A stretch of DNA of 64,000 nt from an uncultured Shinella sp. (GCA_966243085.1 CBIMFD010000001.1:11710-75709), one strand, 5' to 3'; positions 1-11,110 are shown, numbered from the stretch's first letter. Notes: generated by a model from the letters alone, not told the origin. Program-made: numbers and translations.

Positions 1-1
1 C

Positions 2-943
2 TTTCTCGTCCTCGTGGGCATTGCGCTGATCTACGAAATCCTCGGCTGGATCCTCGTCGGCCAGAGCTTTCTGGCCAATCCGCAACGTCTGACGATCATC
101 ATCCTGCAGGTCTCGGTCATCGGCATCATCGCGGTCGGCGTCACCCAGGTCATCATCACCGGAGGCATCGATCTGTCCTCGGGCTCGGTGGTCGGGATGA
201 CGGCGATGTTCACGGCTTCGCTCGCGCAATCCTCGACCTGGCCCCGGGCGCTCTATCCGTCCTTCACCGACATGCCCGTCATCGTGCCCGTCGCGGTCGG
301 GATCGGCGTCGGCCTTCTCGCCGGCTACATAAACGGCCAGCTCATCGCCAAGACCAAGATCCCGCCTTTCATCGCGACGCTCGGCATGATGGTCTCGGCG
401 CGCGGCGTTTCCAAGTGGTACACCAAGGGCCAGCCGGTCTCGGGCCTCAGCGACCAATTCAACTTCATTGGAACCGGCATCTGGCCCGTCATCATATTCC
501 TGGTCGTCGCGCTGATCTTCCACATCGCCCTGCGCTACACCCGTTACGGCAAGTTCACCTATGCCATCGGCGCGAACGTTCAGGCCGCGAGGGTCTCTGG
601 CATCAATATCGAGGCCCATCTGGTGAAGGTCTATGCCATAGCCGGTGCACTCGCCGGTCTTGCCGGCGTCGTCACGGCGGCCCGTGCCCAGACCGCGCAG
701 GCCGGCATGGGCGTGATGTACGAACTCGACGCGATCGCCGCAGCCGTCATCGGCGGCACCTCGCTTGCCGGCGGCGTCGGCCGCATCACCGGCACGGTGA
801 TCGGCACCGTCATCCTCGGCGTCATGACGTCCGGCTTCACCTTCCTGCGTGTCGACGCCTTCTACCAGGAGATCGTCAAGGGCATGATCATCGTCGCCGC
901 CGTCGTCGTCGACGTCTATCGCCAGAAGAAGCGCAAGGCCTGA
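2..943 (+). CDS. Sugar (RbsC-type, probably inositol-type) ABC transporter permease, 5'-truncated by the window edge
   Basis: Frame is open from base 2 (FLVLVGIALIYE...). Motifs GGIDLSSGS, YAIGANVQAARVSGI and YELDAIAAAVIGGTSL are typical of CUT2 permeases. Confidence 0.9.
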   Translation, partial: FLVLVGIALIYEILGWILVGQSFLANPQRLTIIILQVSVIGIIAVGVTQVIITGGIDLSSGSVVGMTAMFTASLAQSSTWPRALYPSFTDMPVIVPVAVGIGVGLLAGYINGQLIAKTKIPPFIATLGMMVSARGVSKWYTKGQPVSGLSDQFNFIGTGIWPVIIFLVVALIFHIALRYTRYGKFTYAIGANVQAARVSGINIEAHLVKVYAIAGALAGLAGVVTAARAQTAQAGMGVMYELDAIAAAVIGGTSLAGGVGRITGTVIGTVILGVMTSGFTFLRVDAFYQEIVKGMIIVAAVVVDVYRQKKRKA

Positions 944-957
944 CCGGCATCGCCGCA

Positions 958-1005
958 GACGAAGGGCCCGGCCGTGAAGCTACGGCCGGGCCCTTCGTCA
1001 TTTTT
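958..1005 (+). terminator. Rho-independent terminator between convergent genes
   Basis: Perfect 18-bp stem GACGAAGGGCCCGGCCGT / ACGGCCGGGCCCTTCGTC with a 6-nt loop, followed by ATTTTT. Confidence 0.85.
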
Positions 1006-1021
1006 GGCGTGATTTCAACGG

Positions 1022-2017
1022 TCAGAGCGCGAGTTCGCGCCGGAGGGTCTCGAGCCGCTCCATGGCGACGACGCCGTCGCGGATGGTCGGCGCCGGCGTT
1101 TCTCGGCCGCCGAGCGCCGGAATGACATCGGCGAGCAGCGAATGGTAGCCTTTCGGATCCTCGTTTGCGGCAGCGGTGAAATTCGGCTTCCAGGTCAGCG
1201 TGTCGACGGTATCGGAAAGGATTGCAGCCGGATCGTCCACCTTGAAGGGCGGATTGCGGTTCCAGCGGACCTCGATGACGTTGTCCACCTCGATGCGCTG
1301 GTGATCGCCCATGATCTCGATGCGCTCGACGGGTGCGCCGCGCGATTGCGCCGTGCCCATGGCGATGGTGCCGATGGCGCCGCATTCAAAGTCGAAGTTC
1401 ACATGGAAGAGCACCTTGCCCCGATCCTTCTCGACCTTGCGGGCCGTCAGCTTCGTAACCGGCGAGACGAGGAAGGAGACGAGGTCCATGTAGTGCACGC
1501 AATGGTGCAGGAAGAAGCCGGTATAGTCGACATTGCCTGCGAAATAGCCGGGCGCCGTCATGTAGTAGCCGGTAAGGCCGTAGATTTCCCCGAAGCGGCC
1601 GGAGCGCAGGATGTTCGCGGCGATCTTGTTGCCGGCCGAATAGCGCTTCATGAAGCCGAGGAGCAGCGGCTTGCCGGACTTTTCCGAGGCCGCCAGCAGT
1701 TGACGCGCGCCGGCGGCGCTGCCCGACGGCGGCTTTTCCATGAAGACGGGGAGCCCGCGCTCCAATGCCATCCTGCCGAAGAGGAGGTGCTGGTCCGGGC
1801 CGACGGCCATGCCGACCGCGTCAATGTCGGAGCGGCGGATGAGCTCCTCCGCATCGCCCGTCAGGTTCGTCACGCCGAACTGCCGGCCGGCCGAAGCCAG
1901 ACGGTTTCCGTCGATGTCGCAGAGCGCCGCGATCTGCACGTCATGGCGAACGAGCTGCGGAAGCAGCATCTGGGTGGCATGGATGCCGCAGCCGATCCAA
2001 CCGATCTTGAGTGTCAT
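1022..2017 (-). CDS. Gfo/Idh/MocA family NAD(P)-dependent oxidoreductase
   Basis: Start MTLKIGWIGCG (Rossmann fold), EKP motif (VFMEKP). ATGA overlap with the upstream gene fixes the start at 2017. Confidence 0.9.
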   Translation of the reverse strand: MTLKIGWIGCGIHATQMLLPQLVRHDVQIAALCDIDGNRLASAGRQFGVTNLTGDAEELIRRSDIDAVGMAVGPDQHLLFGRMALERGLPVFMEKPPSGSAAGARQLLAASEKSGKPLLLGFMKRYSAGNKIAANILRSGRFGEIYGLTGYYMTAPGYFAGNVDYTGFFLHHCVHYMDLVSFLVSPVTKLTARKVEKDRGKVLFHVNFDFECGAIGTIAMGTAQSRGAPVERIEIMGDHQRIEVDNVIEVRWNRNPPFKVDDPAAILSDTVDTLTWKPNFTAAANEDPKGYHSLLADVIPALGGRETPAPTIRDGVVAMERLETLRRELAL

Positions 2018-2895
2018 CGACGATATTCCGTAAGCAGAATGTGGGACTTGATGAATTTGGCGCTTTCGGCGATGCGTTCGCTCTCGTCTTCGTGCGGCGC
2101 GCGCCACTGGGCGAAGGGGACGCCGAAACGGTCGTCGTTGCGGCGGAAGGGTTCGAGCGAGATGGGACCTTCGTAGCCGATCTCGTGCAGGGCCCGAAAG
2201 ACCTCGACCCAGTCCGTGGCGCCCGTGCCCGGGAAGCCGCGATGGTTCTCGTTGGCCTGGAAATGCACGACGTGCCTGCCGCCGAGGCGGATGGCTTCCG
2301 CGATGGAGGCCTCCTCCATATGCATGTGGAAGGTATCGAGCATGAGCTGCACGGCGGGATGATCGACCGCGTCGAGCAGTTCGACCGCCTGCTGCGTGGT
2401 GCAGAGGACATCGCTCTCGAAGCGGTTGAGCGGCTCGACCGCGAGCACGACGCCGAGGCCTGCGGCATGATCGCCCGCCTCCTTGAGGCCGGCAACGCAG
2501 CGTGCCTTGCGGGCGAGGCGTTCCTCCTCGGCGACCGGCTGCGGCGGCCGGCCGGCAAAGACCAGCGGATTGCCGGTGAGCGGGCCGCCGACGATGGTGG
2601 CACCGAGCGCGGCCGCACAATCGGCCGCATATTTCAGATAGTCGATGCCGGCCCGGTGGGCCACGGGATCGTCCGAGGAAAGGTTACGATGAAGGTTGAC
2701 GCGGGCGGCGAGCACGACGCCGAGGCCTGCGGCCTCCAGCGCGCGGCGCGTTTCCGCAAGGTCGAGCTCGCCGGGTTCGGGCACGAGAAGCTCGACGAAG
2801 TCGTAGCCGAGCCTTCGCATTTCGGCGAAAAGCGGGAAGTGCTCGGCCGTAAAGGGCCGCGCATATTGCATGGAGATCAACCCGACGGGGTTCAT
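2014..2895 (-). CDS. Sugar phosphate isomerase/epimerase (D-psicose/D-tagatose 3-epimerase-like TIM barrel)
   Basis: Motifs EPLNRFE, DTFHMHMEE, ENHRGFPG and LEPF. SD (GAGAGGA) precedes the ATG at 2895. Confidence 0.88.
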   Translation of the reverse strand: MNPVGLISMQYARPFTAEHFPLFAEMRRLGYDFVELLVPEPGELDLAETRRALEAAGLGVVLAARVNLHRNLSSDDPVAHRAGIDYLKYAADCAAALGATIVGGPLTGNPLVFAGRPPQPVAEEERLARKARCVAGLKEAGDHAAGLGVVLAVEPLNRFESDVLCTTQQAVELLDAVDHPAVQLMLDTFHMHMEEASIAEAIRLGGRHVVHFQANENHRGFPGTGATDWVEVFRALHEIGYEGPISLEPFRRNDDRFGVPFAQWRAPHEDESERIAESAKFIKSHILLTEYRR

Positions 2896-2918
2896 TGTCT
2901 GTCCTCTTTCATTCGCAG

Positions 2919-3752
2919 TCAGCCCTTCACCGCGCCCTGGGTCAGCCCGCCGATGAGGCGGCGCTGCACGAGAAGGAAAAGGATGGTGGCGGGCATGGCG
3001 CCCACGACGGCGCCGGCGGCAAGCAGGCCCCATTCGATCTGGTACTCGCCGATCAGCGTCTGGATGGCGACCGTGACGGGCCGCACGTTCCTTCCGCCGA
3101 GCGTCAGCGCATAGAGATATTCGTTCCAGGCGGTGATGAAGATGTAGATGCCGGTGGAGATGATGCCCGGCATCGTCAGCGGCAGCACGACGCGGCGCAG
3201 CGCCGTCAGCCGCGAGCAGCCGTCGATCATCGCCGCCTCGTCGAGGCTCTTCGGGATCGCGCCGACATAGCTCGTCAGCATCCAGACCGCGAAGGGAATG
3301 GCGACCGTCGCATTGGCGAGGATGAGGCCGAAATGCGTGTCGAGGATGCCGGCCTTTCGCATCAGCACGAAGAGCGGCAGGATGAGCAGCACGATCGGGA
3401 ACATGTTGATGAGCAGGAACTGCAGCATCAGCAGCTTGCGGCCGGCAAAGCGGAAGCGCGAGAAGGCGTAGGCCGCCGTCACCGCGACGGCAAGCCCCAG
3501 CACCACCGTTCCGCAGGCGATGATGAGGCTGTCCAGCATGTTGTCTAAGAACGAGGTCTGGCGCAGCAGCCGCACGTAATTGTCGAGGCTCCAGCCGGCG
3601 GGCGAGACGGAGACGCCGGTGGCGTTCAGCGTCGCGGTCGGCGTCAGCGAGGTGAGCACCATCCAGGCGAACGGGCCCATGGCGAAGAGTACGATCACCA
3701 GCACGGGCAGGTCGGTGGTGAGGATGCGGCGGAGCGTGGACGGCTTGTTCAT
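2919..3752 (-). CDS. Carbohydrate ABC transporter permease (MalG-like)
   Basis: EAA motif [10 protein letters not shown] and [12 protein letters not shown] overlap at 3749-3752. Confidence 0.92.
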   Translation of the reverse strand: MNKPSTLRRILTTDLPVLVIVLFAMGPFAWMVLTSLTPTATLNATGVSVSPAGWSLDNYVRLLRQTSFLDNMLDSLIIACGTVVLGLAVAVTAAYAFSRFRFAGRKLLMLQFLLINMFPIVLLILPLFVLMRKAGILDTHFGLILANATVAIPFAVWMLTSYVGAIPKSLDEAAMIDGCSRLTALRRVVLPLTMPGIISTGIYIFITAWNEYLYALTLGGRNVRPVTVAIQTLIGEYQIEWGLLAAGAVVGAMPATILFLLVQRRLIGGLTQGAVKG

Positions 3753-4696
3753 CGTTCGACCTCCCGCATGGTCCGGGCGAGATAGACGGCGACGATCGCG
3801 CCGAGGAGGATGGTGAAGGTGACGGCGATGGTCGTGCCGTAGCCGAAGTCGAGATTCTGGCGGGCGCGCACGAAGGCGTAGAGCGGCAGCGTATGGGTCG
3901 CATAGCCGGGTCCCCCGCCCGTCATGACGAAGATGACGTCCATGGAATTGGCGACCCAGATGACGCGCAGGAGCCCGGCCGTCGCCAGCACCGGCGCGAT
4001 GCCGGGCAGCGTGATGTGGACGAACTGCCGCCATGCCGAGGCGCCGTCGATGGATGCGGCCTCGTAATGGCTGCGCGGAATGCCCTGAAGGCCGGCGAGG
4101 ATCATTACAGCGAAGAAGGGAAAGCCCTGCCAGGTGAGCGTGGCGATGATCGCATAGAGCGCAAGATCGGGATCGGCGAGCCACGGCACGGCGGACTGCA
4201 CGACGGAAAGATAGAGGAGGATGTCGTTCAGGACGCCCGTATTCGGATCGTAGATCCAGCGCCACATCAGCGCGATCACCACGCTCGGCAGCGCCCAGGG
4301 AATGATGATGAGGGCGCGCGCAAGGCCGCGCCAGGGAAATTCGCGATTGAGCAGCAGCGCCGTCAGGAGGCCGAGGCCCATCTGCAGCGGCACCGTCAGG
4401 CCGATCCAGATCGCGGTGTTGCCGAGCGCGGTCCAGAAGACCGGGTCCGCGAAGAGCTTCACATAGTTGCCGAAGCCGACGAAACGGCTGGCATTCGGCT
4501 TCCACAGGATGAGGTCGTAGAAGCTCGTGACGAGCGCCTGCACCATCGGGAAGAAGACGATGAACACCGTGACGAGAACCGCGGGCGCCAGCAGCATGTA
4601 GGGCATCAGCCGCACGCTCCAGGGCGTCCGGATGGTCACAGCGGTCGATGGTGAGGCGGTTGTTGCGGTCATTCGGTCGTTCCCGGCCGTTGGCAT
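3749..4696 (-). CDS. Carbohydrate ABC transporter permease (MalF-like); alternative start at 4672
   Basis: FVGFGNY, YEAASIDGA and TGGGPG motifs. Confidence 0.92.
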   Translation of the reverse strand: MPTAGNDRMTATTASPSTAVTIRTPWSVRLMPYMLLAPAVLVTVFIVFFPMVQALVTSFYDLILWKPNASRFVGFGNYVKLFADPVFWTALGNTAIWIGLTVPLQMGLGLLTALLLNREFPWRGLARALIIIPWALPSVVIALMWRWIYDPNTGVLNDILLYLSVVQSAVPWLADPDLALYAIIATLTWQGFPFFAVMILAGLQGIPRSHYEAASIDGASAWRQFVHITLPGIAPVLATAGLLRVIWVANSMDVIFVMTGGGPGYATHTLPLYAFVRARQNLDFGYGTTIAVTFTILLGAIVAVYLARTMREVER

Positions 4697-4703
4697 TCAA
4701 AGG

Positions 4704-4770
4704 TCCCATCCGCCCTGATGTTCGGGCCGGGCGGATGGGAGGGGTGAAGCGGGCGCAGGACGCCCGCTTC
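4704..4770. other. Tandem intercistronic stem-loops after the solute-binding gene (mRNA stabiliser or attenuator)
   Basis: TCCCATCCGCCC/GGGCGGATGGGA (4704-4740) and GAAGCGGGCG/CGCCCGCTTC (4746-4770). Confidence 0.6.
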
Positions 4771-4777
4771 GGGGAGA

Positions 4778-5980
4778 TTACTGCTGCGCGAAGAGCGCCT
4801 CGAGCTGCTTCATCATCTCTTCGGAGGTGATCTGGCCGGTCAGCGCCTGCTGCATCGCGGTCTGCCAGGCCGTGTTGACGAACTCCGAGGTCGCGGTGTT
4901 CTGCGGCAGCACATGGGCGAACGGCAGCGACTGGACGGTCGCGTCTACGAACCGGCGCTCATGCTGCGTCCAGTTGGCCGAGCCGCTCTTGGTGACGGTC
5001 ATCTGGCCGGTCGCCTTGTTGAACTCGACATTGTTCTCACCCTCGGCAAGGAAGGAGATCCACTTCCAGGCCGCGTCCTTCGCCTCGGACGCGGAGAAGA
5101 TCGCCAGCGACTCGTCCCCATAGGACGTCCAGCGGCCGCCGCCGCATTCGGGCACCGGCACGGCCGAAACCTTGTCGCCGAGTGCCTTCACCATGTCGTT
5201 CGACGAGCCGATATGATGGATCGTCATTGCCGTGGTGCCGTTCTTGAAGGCGGCGGTGATTTCCTGGAAGCCGTCGTTCGGCGCGGAAGGCGGAATGACC
5301 TTGTCCTTCTGGAAGAGATCGATCACCCACTGGTTGGCGGCGATCGCCTCGGGCGTCGTCAGGCCACCAGGCTCCAGCTTGGCGCCCTGCGAGAGCACGA
5401 AGGCGCCCCACTGGTCCCAGCCGCCCTTGCCGCCGCGCAGGCCGAAGCCATAGGTCGTCGGCGCCTTGGTGAGCTTGATGGCCGCGTCGCGGAACTCCTC
5501 GCAGGTCGTCGGCGGCTTCAGCCCTGCCTGCTCGAAGAGATCGGCGCGATAATAGAGGTAGAGCACCACATACTGGATCGGCAGGTAGTATTGCTGGCCG
5601 TCCGGCCCCTTGTTGAGCTCCAGAAGGTTGTCGAGCAGGTCCGCCTTGCCCGGCCAGGCATCGATGCGCTCGCCGAGCGGCTCGAGCGCGCCCATCTCGA
5701 CAAGGCGCGGCTGGGCGAAGAGCTTCACCATGGCCGCATCCGGCGCATTGCCGCCGATCAGCGCGGTGTAGAGGTTATCGTAATAGCTGTTCCATGGAAC
5801 GTTCTCGGCCTCGATCTTGATGTCCGGATTGGCCGCCTCGAACTTGGCGACGAGATCGTCCATCGGGTTTTCCGGATTGTCGAAGTGGTACCAGAAGCGG
5901 ACGGTTTCCGCCGATGCCGTGCTTGCCAGAAGTGCCGTGGCAAGCGCGGCACCGGCTGCAAGTTTCCTCCAGATTTTCAT
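4778..5980 (-). CDS. Carbohydrate ABC transporter substrate-binding protein
   Basis: Sec signal peptide, FEAANPDIKIE and LYYRADLFEQAG (SBP_bac_1). Strong SD AGGAGGAG. Confidence 0.93.
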   Translation of the reverse strand: MKIWRKLAAGAALATALLASTASAETVRFWYHFDNPENPMDDLVAKFEAANPDIKIEAENVPWNSYYDNLYTALIGGNAPDAAMVKLFAQPRLVEMGALEPLGERIDAWPGKADLLDNLLELNKGPDGQQYYLPIQYVVLYLYYRADLFEQAGLKPPTTCEEFRDAAIKLTKAPTTYGFGLRGGKGGWDQWGAFVLSQGAKLEPGGLTTPEAIAANQWVIDLFQKDKVIPPSAPNDGFQEITAAFKNGTTAMTIHHIGSSNDMVKALGDKVSAVPVPECGGGRWTSYGDESLAIFSASEAKDAAWKWISFLAEGENNVEFNKATGQMTVTKSGSANWTQHERRFVDATVQSLPFAHVLPQNTATSEFVNTAWQTAMQQALTGQITSEEMMKQLEALFAQQ

Positions 5981-6004
5981 TGTCTCCTCCTTTGAAAATC
6001 GAAA

Positions 6005-6985
6005 TCAGTCTATGCCGGCCATCCGTCTGGCATCGGCCCCTGCGGCCGCCAGCGCCTCCCGCGCGGCGGAAAGATCGAGCGTGTTCTGCAGGAAGCCGTG
6101 CGTGACGCCCGGCATGATCGTCAGTTCCTCGCCCCGCCCCAGCGCCTTCAGGCGCGCCTCAAGCCGAACGCTGTCGGACAGCAGCGGATCGACACCCGCC
6201 GCCATCAGGTGAAGCGGCGGAAGGTCCGCAAGGGCGGCGTCGGACGCCAGAAGCGGACAGGCGAGCGGATCGGCCGAAACGTCTCTGCCGCCGACATACC
6301 AGCGCCAGTAACGCTGCATCTTCGCGGTCGTCAGGCCCGGCCCGTTCTCGAAATCGCGATAGGACTGCGTAGCGAAGTCGCCTGCATAGGTCCCGTAGAA
6401 GAGGAGCGCGCCGGCAACCGGCGGCAAACCTGCCGCCTGCTCGTGCAGCATGGCGGCGAGCGCCAGGTTCGCACCGGCGGAATCGCCCGAAAGCACGAGC
6501 GGACCCGCCTTAACGCCGAGCGTCTGCGTTGCGGCGAAGGCACCGCGCATGGTCGCGACGACATCCATCAGCCCCGCGGGATAGGGATATTCCGGCGCAA
6601 GACGATAATCCGGCAACAACACCGGCAGGCCGCACTCCAGCGCAAGGACCCGCGCACAGCGCTCATGGGTTTCCGGGCTGCAGAAGGCAAAGCCGCCGCC
6701 GTGCACGAAGACCACCGCGCCGGCGCGCGAGGCCGGCGGCACGAGGACCTTGACGCGCAGCCGGGCCGAGCCGAGGCCCTCATCCGCCTCTATCCATGTC
6801 TCGGTCACGACCGCCATTTCGGGCATGTCGACATTCCAGCGCCGGTTGCTCTCCGCCGAAAGGGCCCGCCCCTCGGTCGGCGGCAGCGTCGTCGGATCTG
6901 GCTGGGGGCCGATTTCGGCCGCCACGCGGGCGATCAGCGCCGCCATCTCCGGCGAAAGCCTCGACATGTCCGGTACCGCGTTCAT
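6005..6985 (-). CDS. Alpha/beta hydrolase, HSL-family esterase
   Basis: HGGGF oxyanion motif, GDSAG nucleophile, DPL...HGF. ATGA overlap at 6982-6985. Confidence 0.9.
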   Translation of the reverse strand: MNAVPDMSRLSPEMAALIARVAAEIGPQPDPTTLPPTEGRALSAESNRRWNVDMPEMAVVTETWIEADEGLGSARLRVKVLVPPASRAGAVVFVHGGGFAFCSPETHERCARVLALECGLPVLLPDYRLAPEYPYPAGLMDVVATMRGAFAATQTLGVKAGPLVLSGDSAGANLALAAMLHEQAAGLPPVAGALLFYGTYAGDFATQSYRDFENGPGLTTAKMQRYWRWYVGGRDVSADPLACPLLASDAALADLPPLHLMAAGVDPLLSDSVRLEARLKALGRGEELTIMPGVTHGFLQNTLDLSAAREALAAAGADARRMAGID

Positions 6986-7668
6986 TGCGTCGCATCCTGG
7001 AAGACGTCGGGGCCGAGATCGACGATCGTCGCGATATGATGGTGGAGCGCCGCGCTGGCCTTGGCGACATCCCCGCCGTCGATGACCTCGATGATCGAGC
7101 CATGGCGCTGTGCGGTCGCCACGAGATCGCGCGGCGTCGTGCTGCGCGAGATCTTGAAGCGGTGATTGTGCACCAGGCAGCGATGCAGGATCGGATCGAG
7201 CGCGGGAAGCTGCGCATCCTGGAAGATGCGGCGGTGGAAATCCCGGTCGAAGGCGGCAAGCTCCAGCTCGTCGCCGGCCCTGGCCGCGTCCATCATCTCG
7301 GCGAAGAGCCGCTTGAGGTCCGGAACGAGCGCACGGCTCGGCGCCTGCAGGGCGCGCACGATGCCGTTGCACTCGATCTGCTGGCGCACGCGGAACATCT
7401 CCACCGCCTCGGCCTCCGTGCACTCGGAAACCTGCGTGCCGCGATGGCCCTGCCGGCGCACAAGTCCCTCCTCCTGCAATTGCAGCAGCGCCTCGCGCAC
7501 CGTGCCCTGGCTGCAGGAGAAATGCGCGGCGAGATCCAGTTCCGTCAGGGCGGTGCCGGCGGGCAGGATGCCAAGCATGATGTCACGCTTCAATGCGTTG
7601 AAGGCGGCCGCCGACTTCGCCGGCCTTGCCGTGCCTCGCGCATTCGACGGTGTAGAAAAATAGGTCAT
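6982..7668 (-). CDS. GntR (FCD) family transcriptional regulator; start uncertain (7668 or 7707)
   Basis: wHTH LTELDLAAHFSCSQGTVREAL and FCD domain DRDFHRRI. Confidence 0.88.
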   Translation of the reverse strand: MTYFSTPSNARGTARPAKSAAAFNALKRDIMLGILPAGTALTELDLAAHFSCSQGTVREALLQLQEEGLVRRQGHRGTQVSECTEAEAVEMFRVRQQIECNGIVRALQAPSRALVPDLKRLFAEMMDAARAGDELELAAFDRDFHRRIFQDAQLPALDPILHRCLVHNHRFKISRSTTPRDLVATAQRHGSIIEVIDGGDVAKASAALHHHIATIVDLGPDVFQDATQ

Positions 7669-7703
7669 CGGCCGGCCCGCGGAGTTGCCAATCGTCTTTC
7701 GTA

Positions 7704-7755
7704 TCATTATTGATATTGATATCGATAATGAAGGTCAAGGGCGGATTTGACCTTC
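7704..7755. promoter_or_regulatory. Divergent promoter region with a putative GntR operator
   Basis: Inverted repeat TCATTATTGATA-N4-TATCGATAATGA (7704-7731, one mismatch) and GAAGGTCAA/TTGACCTTC (7730-7755). Confidence 0.6.
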
Positions 7756-7769
7756 GGGAGGAGAAAACC

Positions 7770-8849
<1,080 letters not shown>

Positions 8850-8895
8850 ATAGAATGCGGGATCGACCGGCGCCGGCGGTGGCCGGCGGGCGAAG

Positions 8896-9609
8896 CTAGA
8901 CCGTTTTCTGCGCAAAAAGCTCCATCAGATCGACCGCCTCGCGCGGTTTCGCGCTCAACTGGAGATGGCTTTCGATGTGCTTCAGATGGAGCGTCATCAT
9001 CCACGCCGCTTTCTCCGCATCGCGCGTGTGGAAAGCGCGGACGATCCCCGCGTGGTCGTCGTCCCGACAGTCGCTCAGGCCGGGCGCGCCGAACAGGCCG
9101 ATGATGAGCGATGTGCGTGTCACGAGCTCCTTCATCGTGCGGATCAGGATCGCATTGCCGGCGATCTGCGCCAGGATGGTGTGGAACTGTCCCGACAGGC
9201 GGATCGCGTCGTGCCGGCGGCGCTCCCTGTGGGCGACATACTCCATTTCGAGAAGGCGGTTCAGCTCGGCAATGTCGTCTTCGCTCGCCCGCTCGACGGC
9301 GAGGCGCGTGATGTTTGGCTCCAGCGCAAGACGCGCCTCGAAGACCTCGCGGGCCTGTTCGGCCGTCGGCGAGGCGACGAAAGCCCCGCGGTTGGCGTGA
9401 AGCTCGACGACCTCGCGGCTCGCCAGAAGCAGAAGCACCCGGCGGATGCGCATGCGGCCGACGCCAAAGGCTTCGCACAAGGCGGATTCGGAAAGCTTCG
9501 TTCCCGGCGGCAATCTCTGTTCGATCACGGCGTCGAAAATGCGCTCGACGATATCGCTCTCGTCGATTCCATCGGCCTCGACCAGACTTTCCCGACCCAA
9601 ATCCACCAC
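8896..9609 (-). CDS. GntR (FCD) family transcriptional regulator
   Basis: EQRLPPGTKLSESALCEAFGVGR and IRLSGQFH. GTG start after SD GAGGTG. Confidence 0.88.
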   Translation of the reverse strand: MVDLGRESLVEADGIDESDIVERIFDAVIEQRLPPGTKLSESALCEAFGVGRMRIRRVLLLLASREVVELHANRGAFVASPTAEQAREVFEARLALEPNITRLAVERASEDDIAELNRLLEMEYVAHRERRRHDAIRLSGQFHTILAQIAGNAILIRTMKELVTRTSLIIGLFGAPGLSDCRDDDHAGIVRAFHTRDAEKAAWMMTLHLKHIESHLQLSAKPREAVDLMELFAQKTV

Positions 9610-9699
9610 CGCATCACCTCGACCGCTGCATTCGATTTCTAAATAGGGCCGTTTCCGTTGACCAACAAGCATCAATCTCATCGACGACGGCCCTATACT

Positions 9700-9742
9700 T
9701 TGTATACGACCGCTTGACAAAATTGTTAACAATGCGCTCAAT
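9700..9742 (+). promoter_or_regulatory. Sigma70 promoter with two GntR-type operator palindromes
   Basis: TTGACA (9714-9719)-N17-CTCAAT. Palindrome ATTGTTAACAAT (9722-9733) and related TTGTATACGA (9700-9709). Confidence 0.65.
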
Positions 9743-9824
9743 ACCCAAGCCAAGGCCGAACGTGGCCGCCCTCGCGGCCCGCTCGCCATCAGAAAATAAA
9801 TCAATGGCCCAGAGGAAGAACAAC

Positions 9825-11012
9825 ATGCACAAGCGCTCATTCCTGAAACTCTCCGCCCTCGCCGCAGCGACCGTCCTGTCCCTGCCGCTGATGGCTTACG
9901 CCGAGAACGCCACGCTCAAGATCGGTTTCGTCGGCGTCACCTCCGGGCCGGCGGCGGCCTGGGGCATTTCAAACCAGCGTTCGATGGAGGCGCGCGCAGC
10001 CTGGCTGAACGAACTCGGCGGCGTGACGATCGGCGACAAGACCTACAATATCGAGATCGTCGCCTTCGACGACCAGAAGGACCCCAAGCGCGCGATCGCC
10101 GGCATGGAGAAGATGGCGCAGGACGGCATCCACTACGTCGTCGGCCCGAACGTCGACGACGGCGCGGCCGCGGTCCGTCCCGCGGCCGAGCAGAACGGCA
10201 TCATGTATTTCCCCTATTCCTTTCCGAAAGCGCTCTTCTCGCCGCCGGCATCGAACGCCATCCTCGGCATGGTGGCGAACTACCAGTCGGGCCCGGCCAT
10301 CTACAAGTACCTCATGGAGAACAAGGGCGTGAAGAAGGTCGCCTTCGTCGCCGCCAACGAATCCGACCCGTTGAGCCAGCGCGAATCCGGCATTGCGGCG
10401 GCCGAGGCACTCGGTCTCGAAGTGGTTTCGGGCAACGTGACCTATCAGGTGGACACCACCGACTTCACGCCCGTACTGCTGCCGGTCATCCAGGCCGAGC
10501 CCGACCTTCTCGTGCTCTCGGGCGTCTCGCCGGCCAACGCGCCGCAGCTCATCCGCTCGGCGCGCGAACTCGGCTATGAAGGCCTGATCTCGACGGAAAC
10601 GGCACAGGACGCCGCCGTCCTTCAGGAAGGCGCAGGCGACCTTGCCGAAGGCTTCATCTCGGTCGGCGGCGCTTCCACGCCGGAACTCGCCAGCGACACG
10701 ATGAAGGAATTCGTCGACCGTTACACCAAGATGTTCGGCGAATACAACGACGAGTCCAACACCAAGGTCTACGCCCTCGAATACATTATCGAAACGCTGA
10801 AGGCGAACCCGGCGGCCATCGACAATGTCGAGGAATACAAGAAGACCATGGACACGTTCGAGGCCCCGAACCCCTTCATGAAGGGCGACGCCAAGCTGAA
10901 ATATGTCGGCATGACCTCCTTCGGCCAGAAGCGTCAGGTCTCGGTCCCGCTCGTGGTCAACGAATACAAGGGCGGCAAGTTCGAGACGCTGTTCGTCGGC
11001 CAGGTCGACTGA
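9825..11012 (+). CDS. Branched-chain amino acid (Liv-type) ABC transporter substrate-binding protein
   Basis: Signal peptide MHKRSFLKLSALAAA, LKIGFVGVTSGPAA. SD AGAGGA. Confidence 0.9.
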   Translation: MHKRSFLKLSALAAATVLSLPLMAYAENATLKIGFVGVTSGPAAAWGISNQRSMEARAAWLNELGGVTIGDKTYNIEIVAFDDQKDPKRAIAGMEKMAQDGIHYVVGPNVDDGAAAVRPAAEQNGIMYFPYSFPKALFSPPASNAILGMVANYQSGPAIYKYLMENKGVKKVAFVAANESDPLSQRESGIAAAEALGLEVVSGNVTYQVDTTDFTPVLLPVIQAEPDLLVLSGVSPANAPQLIRSARELGYEGLISTETAQDAAVLQEGAGDLAEGFISVGGASTPELASDTMKEFVDRYTKMFGEYNDESNTKVYALEYIIETLKANPAAIDNVEEYKKTMDTFEAPNPFMKGDAKLKYVGMTSFGQKRQVSVPLVVNEYKGGKFETLFVGQVD

Positions 11013-11036
11013 TCGGAGCCTGAGACATCTCTACGA

Positions 11037-11080
11037 TAAGGAGATCCGGGCGGCGCGTGCCGTCCGGCCGGATCTCCTTA
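11037..11080 (+). other. Intercistronic stem-loop after the SBP gene
   Basis: 13-bp stem TAAGGAGATCCGG / CCGGATCTCCTTA. Confidence 0.6.
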
Positions 11081-11110
11081 GCCTGAACTTCTTTCCATTG
11101 GAGGCTCACG

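Noticed and set aside
1022-4709. Apparent long or fused ORFs in the track (1022-2620, 2014-3903, 2919-4709; likewise 20703-22628, 26164-27993, 33215-34369, 38700-40718)
   Set aside because: The N-terminal extensions are Arg/Pro-rich off-frame read-through of neighbouring genes. True starts are marked by SD sequences and ATGA overlaps.
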